From Macrostomum lignano (lineage: Eukaryota), in the NCBI GenBank assembly GCA_002269645.1, contig NIVC01000004.1, forward strand, positions 310,001 through 374,000: a stretch of DNA of 64,000 nucleotides, written 5' to 3'. Every line of letters begins with the position of its first letter. Positions within the stretch are counted from its first letter, which is position 1. Below the pieces are notes generated by a model. That model was not told where the DNA came from. It did no database searches and saw nothing but the letters and a program-made list of their open reading frames with translations. The translations under genes and the position numbers were made by a program. Positions 35,621 to 48,089 of the stretch are shown here, piece after piece.

Positions 35621-38554
35621 GCTTGTTGCCGTGCGGCTTGTTGCTAAGAGTAAATAGACTCACTTTCTTTATGTGCGATGGTGAGCTCAGGCAGGTGAGT
35701 TGCCGTTTTGCTATTGGATGAACCAGTACTGACTCTCTTTACTTGCTGACTCAATTTTTCGTGCGTTCCATACCTTTATGGCTGCTTGGGTACCATTTAG
35801 ATTGCCGTCTTTGCTTTTATAGAACAACTTATAATGATAAATTATATGATAATAATATTAATTAAATTTAATATGATATAAATATAAATTATAGTTCCAT
35901 AAATAACGTTTCAGTGGGATATTTCTCGGAGGAAATCAACCCCTTTGCCCAGTGCCAGTGGTAATGCCTTCAATTGACGTCAACTTGATGCGGGGCACAG
36001 CCGTCAGGGACCTCAGGGACTCCAACTCCAACGCCAATGCCACGAAGGTCGAAAGCGCACGAAAATGCTCTTCTGATGCTCAGAACAAAATCCCTGCTCG
36101 GCGATCCGAACTCCGAAATTAGGTGAACGACTGACAGTGTGAAAGAGCGCGGAGGACAGCAGAAGGACCTTCGTCCGGCCTAGCCAAGCCCGCTCAACTT
36201 AAACAAAGCATTTTTTCGCAGAAGCGTTGCGGCCGACATTATTAATGCAGAAAAAATATTCTGTAAAAATAACTTCAATATTCTTGTCAAACAGTAGTCA
36301 AACTGACTACCCTACTCTAACAGTAGGAATACCAAGCCATGTTTCCTTCCGTCAAACTACCAAGCCCTGACAGTTTCTTTGCTGCGCCGGAACGGAGCAA
36401 CGCAGGCACACGAAACTCAAGAACACGGGCTAACTTTTTGTTGCGCACCTTCTCAAACAAGAATCAAGTCGCCAGCCCTCCGGACCGTCGAGATATTCGA
36501 CGATTCTGCCAGAAGGTCGGATTGGATTTTTCCCATAAGCGCCAGTGTATTCAGTACACCCCTGTGCGCCAATCAGCACTGCGCCTCAGTGCAGCCTTGC
36601 CAAGCCTCCAAATTTCAACAGCACGTCGATCACATGTGTCTGCATCAGCTGTGACTTCGTTGGTCACTAGCCTTCACCCAGGCGGAGCTTCTGGACCTTC
36701 AACAGGTGGCACCAGGGGACTATGGAGACCCTGATGCGAATTTCTCTAGTTTCGCCGATCAAGCCTCGACAGTGGGCAAGCCTCAACTGCTGGACGTGCA
36801 TTCACTGTACACACGGCACCGATTATTTCTATTATCAGTAAGCAGTATCGTTCATGGAGAACAGCGAGATTTTTCCTTGCACAGCGTGTGACTGCAGCAT
36901 CAAAAGCAGCAATTTTTGGACATACAGTTTTCTCCTCCTGCATCTTTCCGTCTTCTCAGGGGATGATAAAGCTTACCTGTCCATTTTAAAGAGCTTTCTA
37001 GTTGATCATTTATCATTCGCAATGCAGTATGTGGTGTGTTCAATAAGAGAGGAACATTAAATGTCATTTAATCAATCGCAGATCGATCTCTGCGAGGCGG
37101 TCGTAGTGGCAGTGCGATTGCAAAAACTGCGTCCCCTACTTGGCAGGGATCAAGTAGTCTATATGGCAAAGGTTTTCATTTTTGCTCCCCCCTCCCCAGG
37201 GCATTAAACTGGAGGCAGAGCAGCTCATTGGCTGTCTCTCCCGCTTCTCAATACCTGGGTTCGATTCCGTAAAGGCCACAGTGGTTCTTAATACACAATT
37301 ACACACTAAGTCACTAGCCGAATGCGTAGTGACTTATCATGAAAATATTGAAAACAGTTAAGAATTCTTCGTAACTACAAGCGTGAATCTGGCACTTCCG
37401 CGAAATAACTTTTTTCCAAAATGCTATCAATATTTAGAGAAGCAATGCTTTCCCTAAAAAATGAAATCAGGATCGATTTGGGTGGCGTCTAAATTCGCAT
37501 CGGCGCGATGCATTGAAAGTTATGATGTGGAAATGGGAAAAATCTTCACTAGTTTGCTGGGTCTCCTAAGAATACCCGACTGCCTGCTGACGAAGACTGG
37601 GGGTTGGTCTGGCCACACAGCATGCGCTGTGGACTGCCTGCGCCTGCAGGAAGCGGGCTTCCAACGTGTGCGGGGCTTGTCTTCCCGCTTTCTATGGATT
37701 TTTCTGGCTTCTGCTCAGTCCACGGCTTCCGCTATTCGGCTTCCTGCCACTGGGTAGATGACAGAAAGATACTCAGTCAAAGTTTTTCTGGTCTACAGTA
37801 CGTTTGCATGCCTGATTTGTCTGTTGAATAGAATTACAGACTTCTTAGAAGCAACTTCGCATTGTGCGGCCATGCGTCCCCGATCTGCAGTAAAATGCAG
37901 TTTGCGCAACACCAGCGTAATACGGCCAATCGAATGCAGAAGGGACAACGCGTGAAGAGGGCTGGGCTAGGCTGACCAGCCAAGAGAATACTGCTTCAGG
38001 AAAAATTAGAAAAGTTGTTTCAGATCAAAATAGTTACATAAGAATTAACAGGGCGGTTGTACTTTGTATTGAAGTTGAAAAATGTAGCTTTTTCAGGCCA
38101 TGACCTACACGCATTCAATTTAGTCCAAGATATGTTTGTCAAAGTAGTGGAGCTTTTGTCTATGGTAGCAAGGGTGACACAGCAGCATTTATTTTGGTCT
38201 CACAGGCATCAATTTGATTCATAGCGACTATGAAACCCAATCATGAGTAGGCCCATGACTATGTACGAGTATTTAGATAATTCCTTTTATATGAGTAAAT
38301 TTCACTGTAACAATACAAGGTGACGTCAAAAATGTTGTCTGCTCAATTATAACAAAAAAGAGCATTTTAGCATGATCAAAAATCCACTTCGATCACAAGC
38401 CCATGGCGTTCGTTCGAAAGCGAAAGTTAGAGGTAAAACTATAGAGCAAATTCTGGACCCAATCGAATGCTTCTTGGACAAAATTAAATGCTGCTGTGCC
38501 ACCTCTGCTTTACTTTGACAACATACCTTGGATTAAATTAAATGCGTGTAGGTC

Positions 38555-38880
38555 CATTAGTACCGCTGTCAAATGACATGTCGGAATACTTGTCCCTTCC
38601 TGGGTAGGCAGCAATCAAGAAGTGCCCGTCTAGACTATTGCGGCTCGCCGTCGGCCCACAAGCTGCTGTCCACGGTGTTGTTGCAGCCGACCCAGTGCCA
38701 GCCCAAGGACTACTAGACTAGAACTATAGCATTTCATGCAGTGGTCCTTGTGCCAGCCCTCTGCCGACTCCGCGCTGCCGGGCGCCTGGAAGCCTCCAAG
38801 CCACAATGAAGTTCCACCGTTCGAAGGGACTGCACCGAATTTATGGGCGCCATCTCTGCTATATCAGGTCAGCTATGCTC
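38555..38880 (-). pseudogene. Broken PAN/C-type lectin copy L2 (CTLD fragment, L6-like)
   Basis: High nucleotide identity to 58220-58470. It is interrupted by a 47-bp MITE (38704-38750) and cut at 38886 by a hAT-like left end. Confidence 0.85.
38704..38750. mobile_element. 47-bp mini-MITE with 8-bp TSD (hAT-like)
   Basis: Ends CAAGGACTACT...AGTGGTCCTTG; TGCCAGCC is duplicated at 38696-38703 and 38751-38758. The empty site in L6 has a single TGCCAGCC. Confidence 0.85.
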
Positions 38881-38885
38881 ACCAG

Positions 38886-38990
38886 CAGGGGCGTTGCCAT
38901 GGATTTTATGGTGGGTGAGACAAAGCCAAGAATTTAACATCCACATGTACATGACTAATTCCTTCTAAATTTCCATTATTTTGAAAATCG
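38886..38990 (+). mobile_element. Left-end fragment of the same hAT-like family as 17226-18033
   Basis: CAGGGGCGTTGCCATGGATTTTATGGTGGG..AAGCCAAGA..TTTCCATTATTTT matches the sequence from 17226 onward. Confidence 0.8.
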
Positions 38991-38994
38991 TAGT

Positions 38995-39044
38995 CAAGGA
39001 CCACTAGAAATTAACGTTGTAGTGGTAACTTCTAGTGGTCCTTA
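38995..39044. mobile_element. 50-bp mini-MITE, same family as 38704
   Basis: Perfect 14-bp inverted repeat AAGGACCACTAGAA / TTCTAGTGGTCCTT; flanks ATCGTAGT and ATCGTTGT (7/8 TSD). Confidence 0.8.
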
Positions 39045-39363
39045 ATCGTTGTGTTGTCAGAATTAAGACAGAAAGTTCAACATTTTGAAGAAAAAAGCAG
39101 TCAAAAAACCCAACGCCTTGTGTACGTCAGTCAATATTTTGTTTCGGAGTTTGCTTTGAGAGTATTTTGCAGCGTCCAAACGTACGAGGACCTTCCCGCA
39201 ACTTGTTTATTGTCAAACGCCCAACTGACTGAAAAATCAGCAATACTAGCTCGTAAATTGAAATTCCACGATGTCTTTTGCATTTGTACTTTTTGCGTCG
39301 TTTTCAAGAATTCGAAAGGAGCATCAGTGTTATTAATTGCAGGCAGTCGAATTCCTGTTCAGT

Positions 39364-40104
39364 TCAGTTGAATGGGGAGACGCACTCACACAGGCCGCGA
39401 CTGCCGCTGTTCGAGTACATATCGGACAGCCCGGCTCTTCCTATATAGGCAGCAATCAAGAACTGCCTCGAATCGTGGTTGCTGGGTTCGCCGCTGCCCC
39501 ACAGGTGGGCGTCCACGGTGTTGTTGCAGCCGACCCAGTACCAGCCGCCATCAGGCTCCGCGCTGCCAGCCGGCTGGAAGCCTCCCAGCCACAAATCGTT
39601 ACCACGACGAAGCGACTCCACATGGCTCATCTCTGAGCTGCTCGTTACGTCCGCCATGATCACCAGACCGCTCTCCGACTCGCATGTCGATTTTATGTCG
39701 TCCCACGAACCGTTGTACTCCTTGTACTTGACTCCGCAGAAGTCGTCTCCGTATCCGGGCGGACACAGCAGTCCCGCCGACAGTCCCGGCTGCTGCCTCA
39801 CGAACACCCGGCCTCGTCTCGAGCAGCCGCAGTCCCTCACAGACTTGCTGCACTTGTTGAACTCGAACAGCTGGCACGGACCGTCGGACAGGCTGAAGGC
39901 CTGGCAATGCGGCCTGTCCCAGCACAGAATGGCGCACTGCAGCTCCGAATTAATGCCCAGGAATGTTTGGACAAACTCGCTGTTGATGCACAGGGAGCCG
40001 TTAATGGGAGTGAATCCCGGAGAGCAGGACTGGCTGCTCAGAGCAGAGCTCAGCAGTGAGGCAAAGATGAGCGCGACACAGAGGTTTCCGGTAGAATGCT
40101 GCAT
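39364..40104 (-). CDS. Secreted PAN/apple + C-type lectin protein, copy L3
   Basis: Intact ORF from MQHSTGNL... (an upstream in-frame ATG at 40134 is possible); GEPSNHD motif. Confidence 0.88.
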   Translation of the reverse strand: MQHSTGNLCVALIFASLLSSALSSQSCSPGFTPINGSLCINSEFVQTFLGINSELQCAILCWDRPHCQAFSLSDGPCQLFEFNKCSKSVRDCGCSRRGRVFVRQQPGLSAGLLCPPGYGDDFCGVKYKEYNGSWDDIKSTCESESGLVIMADVTSSSEMSHVESLRRGNDLWLGGFQPAGSAEPDGGWYWVGCNNTVDAHLWGSGEPSNHDSRQFLIAAYIGRAGLSDMYSNSGSRGLCECVSPFN

Positions 40105-40815
40105 TCCAGTTGCCGTTTCGGATCTGGTAGTCATTTTCGCACTTAGACTTACCTGCTTTTAAAGCAGGGCGTTCATGTGATCCGTTTTTTGCCATTGGCT
40201 GCTGCCTATCTGCTGGCAGGGGAGGATTGTGAAAGTAGTGATAGGCAATGAGCTTTTGTTTGAAATCAGAAGTATTGCCAAGTTTTTTGTTATTTTTTTG
40301 TTTATCTGAATAAAAATGCTTTTTTTACTATTCAAGGAACAATGACAGCTGTCTATCTCTTTTCTTCTTGAGGAAATTGATATTTGAGAACAGGTAAAGG
40401 GCCTTGCTGCATCATCCACCCCCATATGCCAGTTTGCTTTTAGTGCTTTTAGCGCTAATGCAGTGAGGAAATGACAATGTCTCGGTTTTACATAAAATAT
40501 CTTGTAATCTTGTAACTTCGCTGAACTGCCATGACTTTATGAGAAAACTGCTGTATAATTTCCTTAATTGTGCCAATCATTTCGTTCTCCGTTTAGTCGC
40601 ATTTAAAAGGCTGATCCTCTATCTTCAGTAGCTTTACCGTCACATCATAATAAGAACTTGCGTGGGACGCGAATCGGGTGAGACCGCGCAGCGACATTCC
40701 CAGCCTGGTTTCACGCTATAAAATGTATTCTGCTAGTAGTGCTGGATAAACTTTACTCCAGCACAATGGCTTGTATTTGGGTTCCAAGAAGCTTGGCAGC
40801 CTGTCATGAATAGGG

Positions 40816-41088
40816 TAGACTTGATCCAGGCATTCACAAACTCGATCTGCTGCCAGTCACTCAGTAGACTTGATCCAGGCATTCACAAACCCGATCTGCT
40901 GCCAGTTACTCAGTAGACTTGATCCAGGCATTCAAAAACTCGATCTGCTGCCACTCACTCAATAGACTTGATCCAGGCATTCACAAACTCGATCTGCTGC
41001 CACTCACTCAATAGACTTGATCCAGGCATTCACAAAAGCGATCTGCTGCCAGTTACTCAATAGACTTGATCCAGGCATTCACAAACTC
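40816..41088. repeat. 49-bp tandem repeat
   Basis: TAGACTTGATCCAGGCATTCACAAACTCGATCTGCTGCCAGTCACTCAG, about 5.5 copies. Confidence 0.92.
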
Positions 41089-41552
41089 GTTTTAAAATGG
41101 ATTTGAGCTATCTCTAGACCAGGGAGTAACTGGCGGTAGTGTAAACCGGCCGTTAGTCTCGTCTTTTGACTCATTTTTATCATTTTTTACTTCTACTTAG
41201 GTATTTCCCTGTCTTCACTTCCAAAAAGCAAGTACAGCGATATACCATGCAAATATTTATTAGCATTGCTAAACAACCAGTTTAAAATAAGAGAAACCTG
41301 TCGAAAAGACACAACGCCACCTGCACATCAGCCAAGACTTCATTTAGAAGTTTGCCTCGAGAGTATTTTGCAGCGTCAAAAGGTACGAGGACCCTCCCAC
41401 AACCCGTATATTGTCTACCACCTCACTGACAACAAAATCAGCAATACATTGAAAAATTGCATGTTGTCTTGCGCAATGGTACTTCTTGCACAGTTTTCAA
41501 GAAGCATCATCATCAGCATTATTGCTTGCAGTCGGTCGAATTCCTGTTCAGT

Positions 41553-42293
41553 TCAGCTGAATGGGGAGACGCACTCACACAGACCGCGACTGCCGCTGCC
41601 CACACTCATATCGGACAGTCCGTCTCTTCCCGTATAGGCAGCGATCAAGAACTGCTTCGAATCGTCGTTGCTGGGCTCGCCGCTGCCCCACAGGCGGGCG
41701 TCCACGGTGATGTTGCAGCCGACCCAGTACCAGCCGCCATCAGGCTCCGGGCTGCCGTCCGGCTGGAAGCCTCCGAGCCACAAATTGTTACCACGACGAA
41801 GCGACTCCACGTGGGTCATATCTGAGCTGCTCGTCACATCCGCCATGATCACCAGACCGCTCTCCGACTCGCATGTCGATTTTATGTCGTCCCACGAGCC
41901 GCTGACCACCTTGTACTTGACTCCGCAGAAGTCGTCTCCGTATCCGGGCGGACACAGCAGTCCCGCCGACAGTCCCGGCTGCTGCCTCACGAACACCCGG
42001 CCTCGTCTCGAGCAGCCGCAGTCCCTCACAGACTTGCTGCACTTGTTGAACTCGAACAGCTGGCACGGACCGTCGGACAGGCTGAAGGCCTGGCACTGCG
42101 GTCTCAGGCCACACAGCATGGAGCAGTGCTCCACTGATGTAACTCCAGTGATGTTGCGGACGAAGTCGCTGTTCATGCACAGGGAGCCGTTGATGGGAGT
42201 GAATCTCAGGGAGCAGGCCTGGCTGCTCAGAGCAGAGCTCAGCAGTGAGGCGAAGACAAAAGGAACGAGAAGGTTTCTGCCAACTCGCTGCAT
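41553..42293 (-). CDS. Secreted PAN/apple + C-type lectin protein, copy L4
   Basis: ATG at 42293 (MQRVGRNLL...); intact to TGA; GEPSNDD motif. Confidence 0.88.
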   Translation of the reverse strand: MQRVGRNLLVPFVFASLLSSALSSQACSLRFTPINGSLCMNSDFVRNITGVTSVEHCSMLCGLRPQCQAFSLSDGPCQLFEFNKCSKSVRDCGCSRRGRVFVRQQPGLSAGLLCPPGYGDDFCGVKYKVVSGSWDDIKSTCESESGLVIMADVTSSSDMTHVESLRRGNNLWLGGFQPDGSPEPDGGWYWVGCNITVDARLWGSGEPSNDDSKQFLIAAYTGRDGLSDMSVGSGSRGLCECVSPFS

Positions 42294-42679
42294 GGCTGTT
42301 GGCGGTTTCGAGATTGCGTGAGTTCGAATCAATTCTCTTTTAAAGCAAGGGACTCGCGTGATCCAGTTTTTGCTATTGGCCGCCGCTTGCGTTTTGACAG
42401 ATTTGTTGGTTCACAGAATGGCAAAAAGTCTGTTTTTGCTGTAGTCAGGAAGGCATTGTTCTAGTGTAGGAAGGAACAATAGCAGCTTTTTTTCGCTGGG
42501 CTTTTTGATTGCATCCATACTACCTGTGAACAGGTTCAGGGATTTGCAGGGACACGATTTTGTCGGAAGAGGGAATACTCCTAGCAGGAGCAGTAGGATA
42601 TCGAAATACAATAGATGCTGGCATGTAAGTCAGTTGAGTTTTTCTGGGACATGCCTCAAATGATAAACACAATAATAAA

Positions 42680-42990
42680 ATAGTAATAATAATAATATTG
42701 GATTACACTTGCTTTAATAGGCAGATGTGCAACCGACAACTCAGCCGCAGCTATTGCGCGACGCATCTGAAGGCTGCGTTCGGCTTTGAGTCCAAGGACT
42801 CGGGGGGGGGGGTCGCCACACACCCTTAATTACCCCCAGCTAATGCTGGCACCTATTTTACAGCTGGGTGAACTGAAGCAATGCAGAGTTAAGTGTCTTG
42901 CTCAAGGACACAAATTGCTCCCAGTGGGCCGAAAATCGAACCCCTGACCGTTCAGTCGTGATTCTGGCGCGCTCTAATTAAGTCTACTTT
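42680..42990 (-). mobile_element. CORE-type SINE, copy 2, with (TAT)n tail
   Basis: The reverse complement aligns with 3895-4160 (B box, CORE-like block, 3' block GTCCTTGGACT..AATAGCTGCGGCTGAG) and ends in TATTATTATT. Confidence 0.8.
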
Positions 42991-45900
42991 CGCTCTGTAA
43001 TCTTGGAAGAGATCGGGACAGATAGCTGCAGAGGTATATTACAGCTGGACTCGGCCCACATGAAAGCAAGAAGCCAGTTTGTCAATCAGTCAAGCAGGAT
43101 TCCTCACAGAAATTGTCTCGCGGGGTAATAATCGCAAAAAACTTCGTGCACAGCCCCGATATCAGGATCCCGAGTCCTTGCACATGATGGAAAGGGGAAT
43201 TATCTGTGCAGCATGTGGCTATTATGGTCTCTTTCCCAGCCAGCAATGCTCACACCTGCCTTTTCGGTGGGATGATTTCTCAACAGGCTTCGTCTCCTGT
43301 TTTTTCACATTGCAAGGTGCTGTGGCTAAAAAGTCTCCTAAGTCTTGTTGAGCAGACTCATTGGCGCCGAGGTCCTGGTGTCACCAAAAACTCACTCACT
43401 AAGACACCAGTGTAACTCGGTGCTGATGGACGTTTGGTGAGGGAGTATTCTCGAGGGTTCTTGGACTCCCCCGCGAAGGTGATTTTTTCTCTTGGGGACC
43501 TGCTGCTTGGTTTCGGGTAGCGGCCTTGCCGCTCCTTTCCTGTGCTCTGCAGGAAGTCCCACCTTTTACTTCCAGCCAATGGCTTCTAGCCGAAGTAACC
43601 TACCGGCTGTAGATGTCCGGGCCGTGGACTCTGCGGCCAACCACCAGGTACCATCGAAACCTGGGGCGAGACCCGTGTAGAAATTTTCTGAATGGTGCCT
43701 CTGACAAGACATCTACCACTTCAAATGCCAAAAGACAACTGAGCATGGCAGCTGCCGCTCGTAAAAAGCACGTCGAAGCGACGTCGAAACTATTTTCGTC
43801 ACGGCTATCGACATTGAATTTTCGACGTCGACTTTTCGTCCTTGTATGACGTCATTCGACATCGAATTCTCGACATGCAACTTCGGCTCCCCGACATGTT
43901 TCCAATAACAATTGACGTCACTTTTTCGACGAATTTTTGCGTAGTCATTTTTGTGGCATTCTTTTGACATAAAAATCAAGAAAATGGCGCTCTTTTTCTT
44001 CCAGTTAAAATCTTCCAGCTGAGCGCGAGAAAAATGAGGGAAAAAGGCGATAAAATCTTCCCTCGCGTCAGGGCCGACTGGAGACGGACCCGCCTGCTCC
44101 AAGGCATTGGGCCACTCAGAGGCGGAGGACCCCACAGCCGGTGAGCGAAGGGCAGCAAATTCCGCCCACTGCCTTCCGACTGGTCAGAGGCCTTCTGCTG
44201 AGCAGGAGCCCATGGAAACCGGAGAACCCGACCCTCAGCTGGTGAGCGCTGAGTAGGAGGAGGGACTCAAGGTAAAATTAAGTCAAATGATGCGCCACCT
44301 GGCTACCACTTGCTGCATATTTGGTGCAAAGGATTTGAGAACTGATCTTTCCTCGGGGACATCCGTGTTGTCCAAATCAATAATCTTCTCCCCAATAAAT
44401 CCGCGCTGGCAGCATCAGCCTACTTCGCGGGCGACGCTCCAGTAGTCTGTGACGCGCTAGTCAACCCCATTGTCCTTCGTAAATGCTAATTATTGTGAAA
44501 CTATAGCCATACTTATATTTATGATACGAGGTAGGTTCTTTTCCTTTTGATAAAGTAATATTTTTAACCAAAATTTTATCAGTAACGAGCTAAATTGTTT
44601 AAAGAACTAGCAATCTGTGCTTCTCAGTAAGGGAAAGGCCTAAAATTTCAATAAACTACGAGTAGGTTCTGACCTTGTGCAGTCACTATTGTTAATCTCT
44701 TAAGGAAAATGATGTTTAAAACAAACAAGCATCTGCCCTGAAATCATGCAGATATCAGATCTCCTGAGCAATCCCCATCAGCCACAGCAGTTCAGCAATT
44801 CTCCCAATGAAACTTGACATTTCATAATCTCTCTGAGCCAAAGAAATTCAGCTATTCATCCCCTGTAAGCCTTGACATCTTAGCGTGACTATTTTTATCC
44901 ATGAACTTGAGTTTAGTTCAGAACTTTTGGGACATCTATTAGCAACTTTTAGACTTTTAGAAATATGTTCTATGGTTGTCCATATCTGTCCGTTGATTAG
45001 TACTGTACTGGAGGCCTGCCGTTCCTACATGAGATAATAGGCAAAAAAATCGATACGCGCTTGGCGGGTCAGCGACAGCCCGCTTCGCATTAAATAAACG
45101 CCACCCAAGCCGCAGGCACGTGACCTAGGCCCGGCCCATCAGCCCCCACCCGCACCAACGCACAAGACCCACGCCCCACTGGTTTAACACCCAACCAAGC
45201 TACGCCCGGCCGGACCAAACAACAGACATATTCAACGCTGCATATAAGCCTTGCAGAACCGAACCTGGGAAGTTTGCCAGACGCGGCAGCTACCGCTCCA
45301 CTAATCACCCCAGTAGCGAGGATTTGATGGCGCAGTCGCATTGGAAAACTATGCGAGTTAGAAGAGCCAGCAGAGCATTTAGACTGGAGCCGGGAATAAA
45401 GCAAAAGAGAGCCGTTCGCATCTAATGATGGCAGGTGAGCAGGCGGGAGGGAGGAAGGCGCAAAGCAGAGCTGCCTTCGTTGCTGCACTGGAGTAGCAAA
45501 TTTGATGATGGAGTAGCAAAGCCTCCACTTGTGAGCTGGCATACGAAGCTGTTGGCTGGCAAACTGCCTCAAGTGCATCATTAATTTATAATACAGAAAC
45601 TTGAGAATGCATGGCACAAGAGCCAATTTTAACAAAGGATTTGCGAGGCTGAACGACACACCACAATCCGCTATGCATCCCCCGCGTTCATTCCGAGACT
45701 CCTGCGGATGGGAAAAAGTTTTTGAGTGGCCCCATAGGAAGGATGTCCTCAACAGCTGAGAGATGCAGAAATTTAGTTTGTTCCGTTGCTATGGCGGAAA
45801 GAAGGCAAGAAAAGCTAATTGGTGTGGTGTACAGGTGCTTTGAATCCGCTTACAGCAAGCAGCAAAGTTTCCTTGATAGCTAAATATTGACTATACTGTG

Positions 45901-46163
45901 TGTTAGCAAATGGCTCATGAAAAAATTCATACTTTCGCTGACAAAATGATTTCCAAGGACATATTAAAAAGCCAGATTCTGAAAATATTTTTTTCACTCA
46001 AAGCAGACCGTATATGCGCATTTGTATATTTTTTAACTCAGTTCGATCCGAGCACTCATTTACAAGCATGTGTATATGGACTCACTGACGACCACATATT
46101 TAGCAGTGCTTCACACTTCCATCGTAACAGATTTTTGCAACGGTAAAACGTGCTATGTTCCGT

Positions 46164-46901
46164 TTAGTGGAATGGGGAGACGCACTCACACAGACCGCGA
46201 CTGCCGCTGTTCACACTCATATCGGACAGTCCGTCTCTTCCCGTATAGGCAGCGATCAAGAACTGCTTCGAATCGTGGTTACTTGGCTCGCCACTTCCCC
46301 ACAGGCTGGCGCCCACAGTGTTGTTGCAGCCGACCCAGTACCAGCCGCCATCAGGCTCCGGGCTGCCGGCTGGCTGGAAGCCTCCGAGCCACAAATTGTT
46401 ACCACGACGAAGCGACTCCACGTGGCTCATCTCTGAGCTGCTCGTCACGTCCGCCATGATCACCAGACCGCTCTCCGACTCGCATGTCGATTTTATGTCG
46501 TCCCACGAGCCGCTGACCTCCTTGTACTTGACTCCGCACAGCTCGTCTCCGTATCCGGGCGGACACAGCAGTCCCGCCGGCAGTCCCGGCTGCTGCCTCA
46601 CGAACACCCGGCCTCGTCTCGAGCAGCCGCAGTCCCTCACAGACTTGCTGCACTTGTTGAACTCGAACAGCTGGCACGGACCGTCGGACAGGCTGAAGGC
46701 CTGGCACTGCGGCCTGTCCCAGCACAGAATGGCGCACTGCAGCTCCGAATTAATGCCCAGGAATGTTTGAACAAAGTCGCTGTTGATGCACAGGGAGCCG
46801 TTGATGGGAGTGAATCTCGGAGAGCAGGACTGGCTACTTAGAGCAGAGCTCAGCAGTGAGGCAAAGACGAAGGCAGTTTTGAGGCACTCAAGATGATGCA
46901 T
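46164..46901 (-). CDS. Secreted PAN/apple + C-type lectin protein, copy L5 (245 aa)
   Basis: MHHLECLKTAFVFASLLSSALSS signal; intact ORF; GEPSNHD motif. Confidence 0.88.
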   Translation of the reverse strand: MHHLECLKTAFVFASLLSSALSSQSCSPRFTPINGSLCINSDFVQTFLGINSELQCAILCWDRPQCQAFSLSDGPCQLFEFNKCSKSVRDCGCSRRGRVFVRQQPGLPAGLLCPPGYGDELCGVKYKEVSGSWDDIKSTCESESGLVIMADVTSSSEMSHVESLRRGNNLWLGGFQPAGSPEPDGGWYWVGCNNTVGASLWGSGEPSNHDSKQFLIAAYTGRDGLSDMSVNSGSRGLCECVSPFH

Positions 46902-47700
46902 GGCTGTTGCAGCTGACTGGCTTAGCTGCGCATTCGCTTTTTGTTCAGGTAATACAGCTTCTTCCTGTTGCCATTGGTAGTCGCCGTGTCCAATAGTTGC
47001 TTGCCGAGATAGTGAAGGTAAAGTTCTGTGAAGGCAAAATGCTTCAATTGTTTAGGGAAAAGTTTTTTCTTCCAGGATCCGACGTCGCTATGCTTTTTAC
47101 TTGACGAGCATTACAAATACGAGTGTAATGCCATAAGTCGCATAATTTAATGTTAAAATTATTTTTGTGCTAACTTCTCACAAAAAGGCCACATGTCTTC
47201 TGAAATCTTCTGCCGTTTTCAATCATTTAAAAGTAAATAGTTTTTGCCTTCGTGTTGGTCTATCCAATGTTGGTATCTACTACCGTTCTCGACATTTTTG
47301 TGCTTACGGACAAAGTTTTTTTAGTGGTGAAATATGCAGCATTCTGGTTTTAGTATTCTGTTCTGTTATCCATTCTGTTACTATGGTCTTCGATTGATCG
47401 ATAATGGAGCAAAAGTAACTTTAGGGCGTGCAGCAGCAGAAAGCAATAGGACATTTCAGGCGAAGGGAAATGCAGTCAACTCTGCACAGACACAGAGCTG
47501 TGCACTTAATTGCTTGCGTCTTCATTTGGCAGCAGATCCAGGTCCTCCTCTTTTTCATCTTCGGCTCTTCGCCCTCGTCCGCTGTGAGCCAGCCTTCCTC
47601 CTCCTCTAGTATCCGGATCAAACTGCACTTGAGCCGTAGCCACGACAAACACTGTTCGACACAGTGTTAATTACAGTGTAACAGTATAAAGTGTAAAAAA

Positions 47701-47900
47701 GTGCTGCGCACTCTGCACTGGCCTTCCCGGTCCCCAGACATGAATCCTATCGATCATGTCTGGGACTTTCTAAAACACAGTATTCGAAAAGAGAGTCCAC
47801 CACAGAATGTTGCGGAGCTGCGTCATGCCATTGAAAACGCTTGGCAGCAGAATCAGAGGGGATCCCACACGCAATAATAAGCATCGCGAATCTAACTGCA
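47701..47900 (+). mobile_element. Tc1-family transposase C-terminal remnant
   Basis: Translates to LHWPSRSPDMNPIDHVWDFLKHSIRKESPPQNVAELRHAIENAWQQ, matching the Tc1 WPxxSPDLNPIE..W motif. Confidence 0.8.
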
Positions 47901-48089
47901 TATTGCATAAAAAATAAACTGTTATGATTTTGTGCAAATGACGGTTATTATATTGATTCAATCAACTTTCCCTTCCTCACGGCGGCTTAGTTGCGTAACT
48001 TGAGGGTTGAATTGTGATTGAGAAGTTGTCGCAATAAGTGATAAAATTTTCATCTCGCTTGGAGGGTGGAACTTTTGATTGTAGCTGAG

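Noticed and set aside
36339-36900. Possible Penelope-like RT remnant (LLDVHSLYT)
   Set aside because: Only one short motif resemblance; the other RT motifs are not recoverable by eye.
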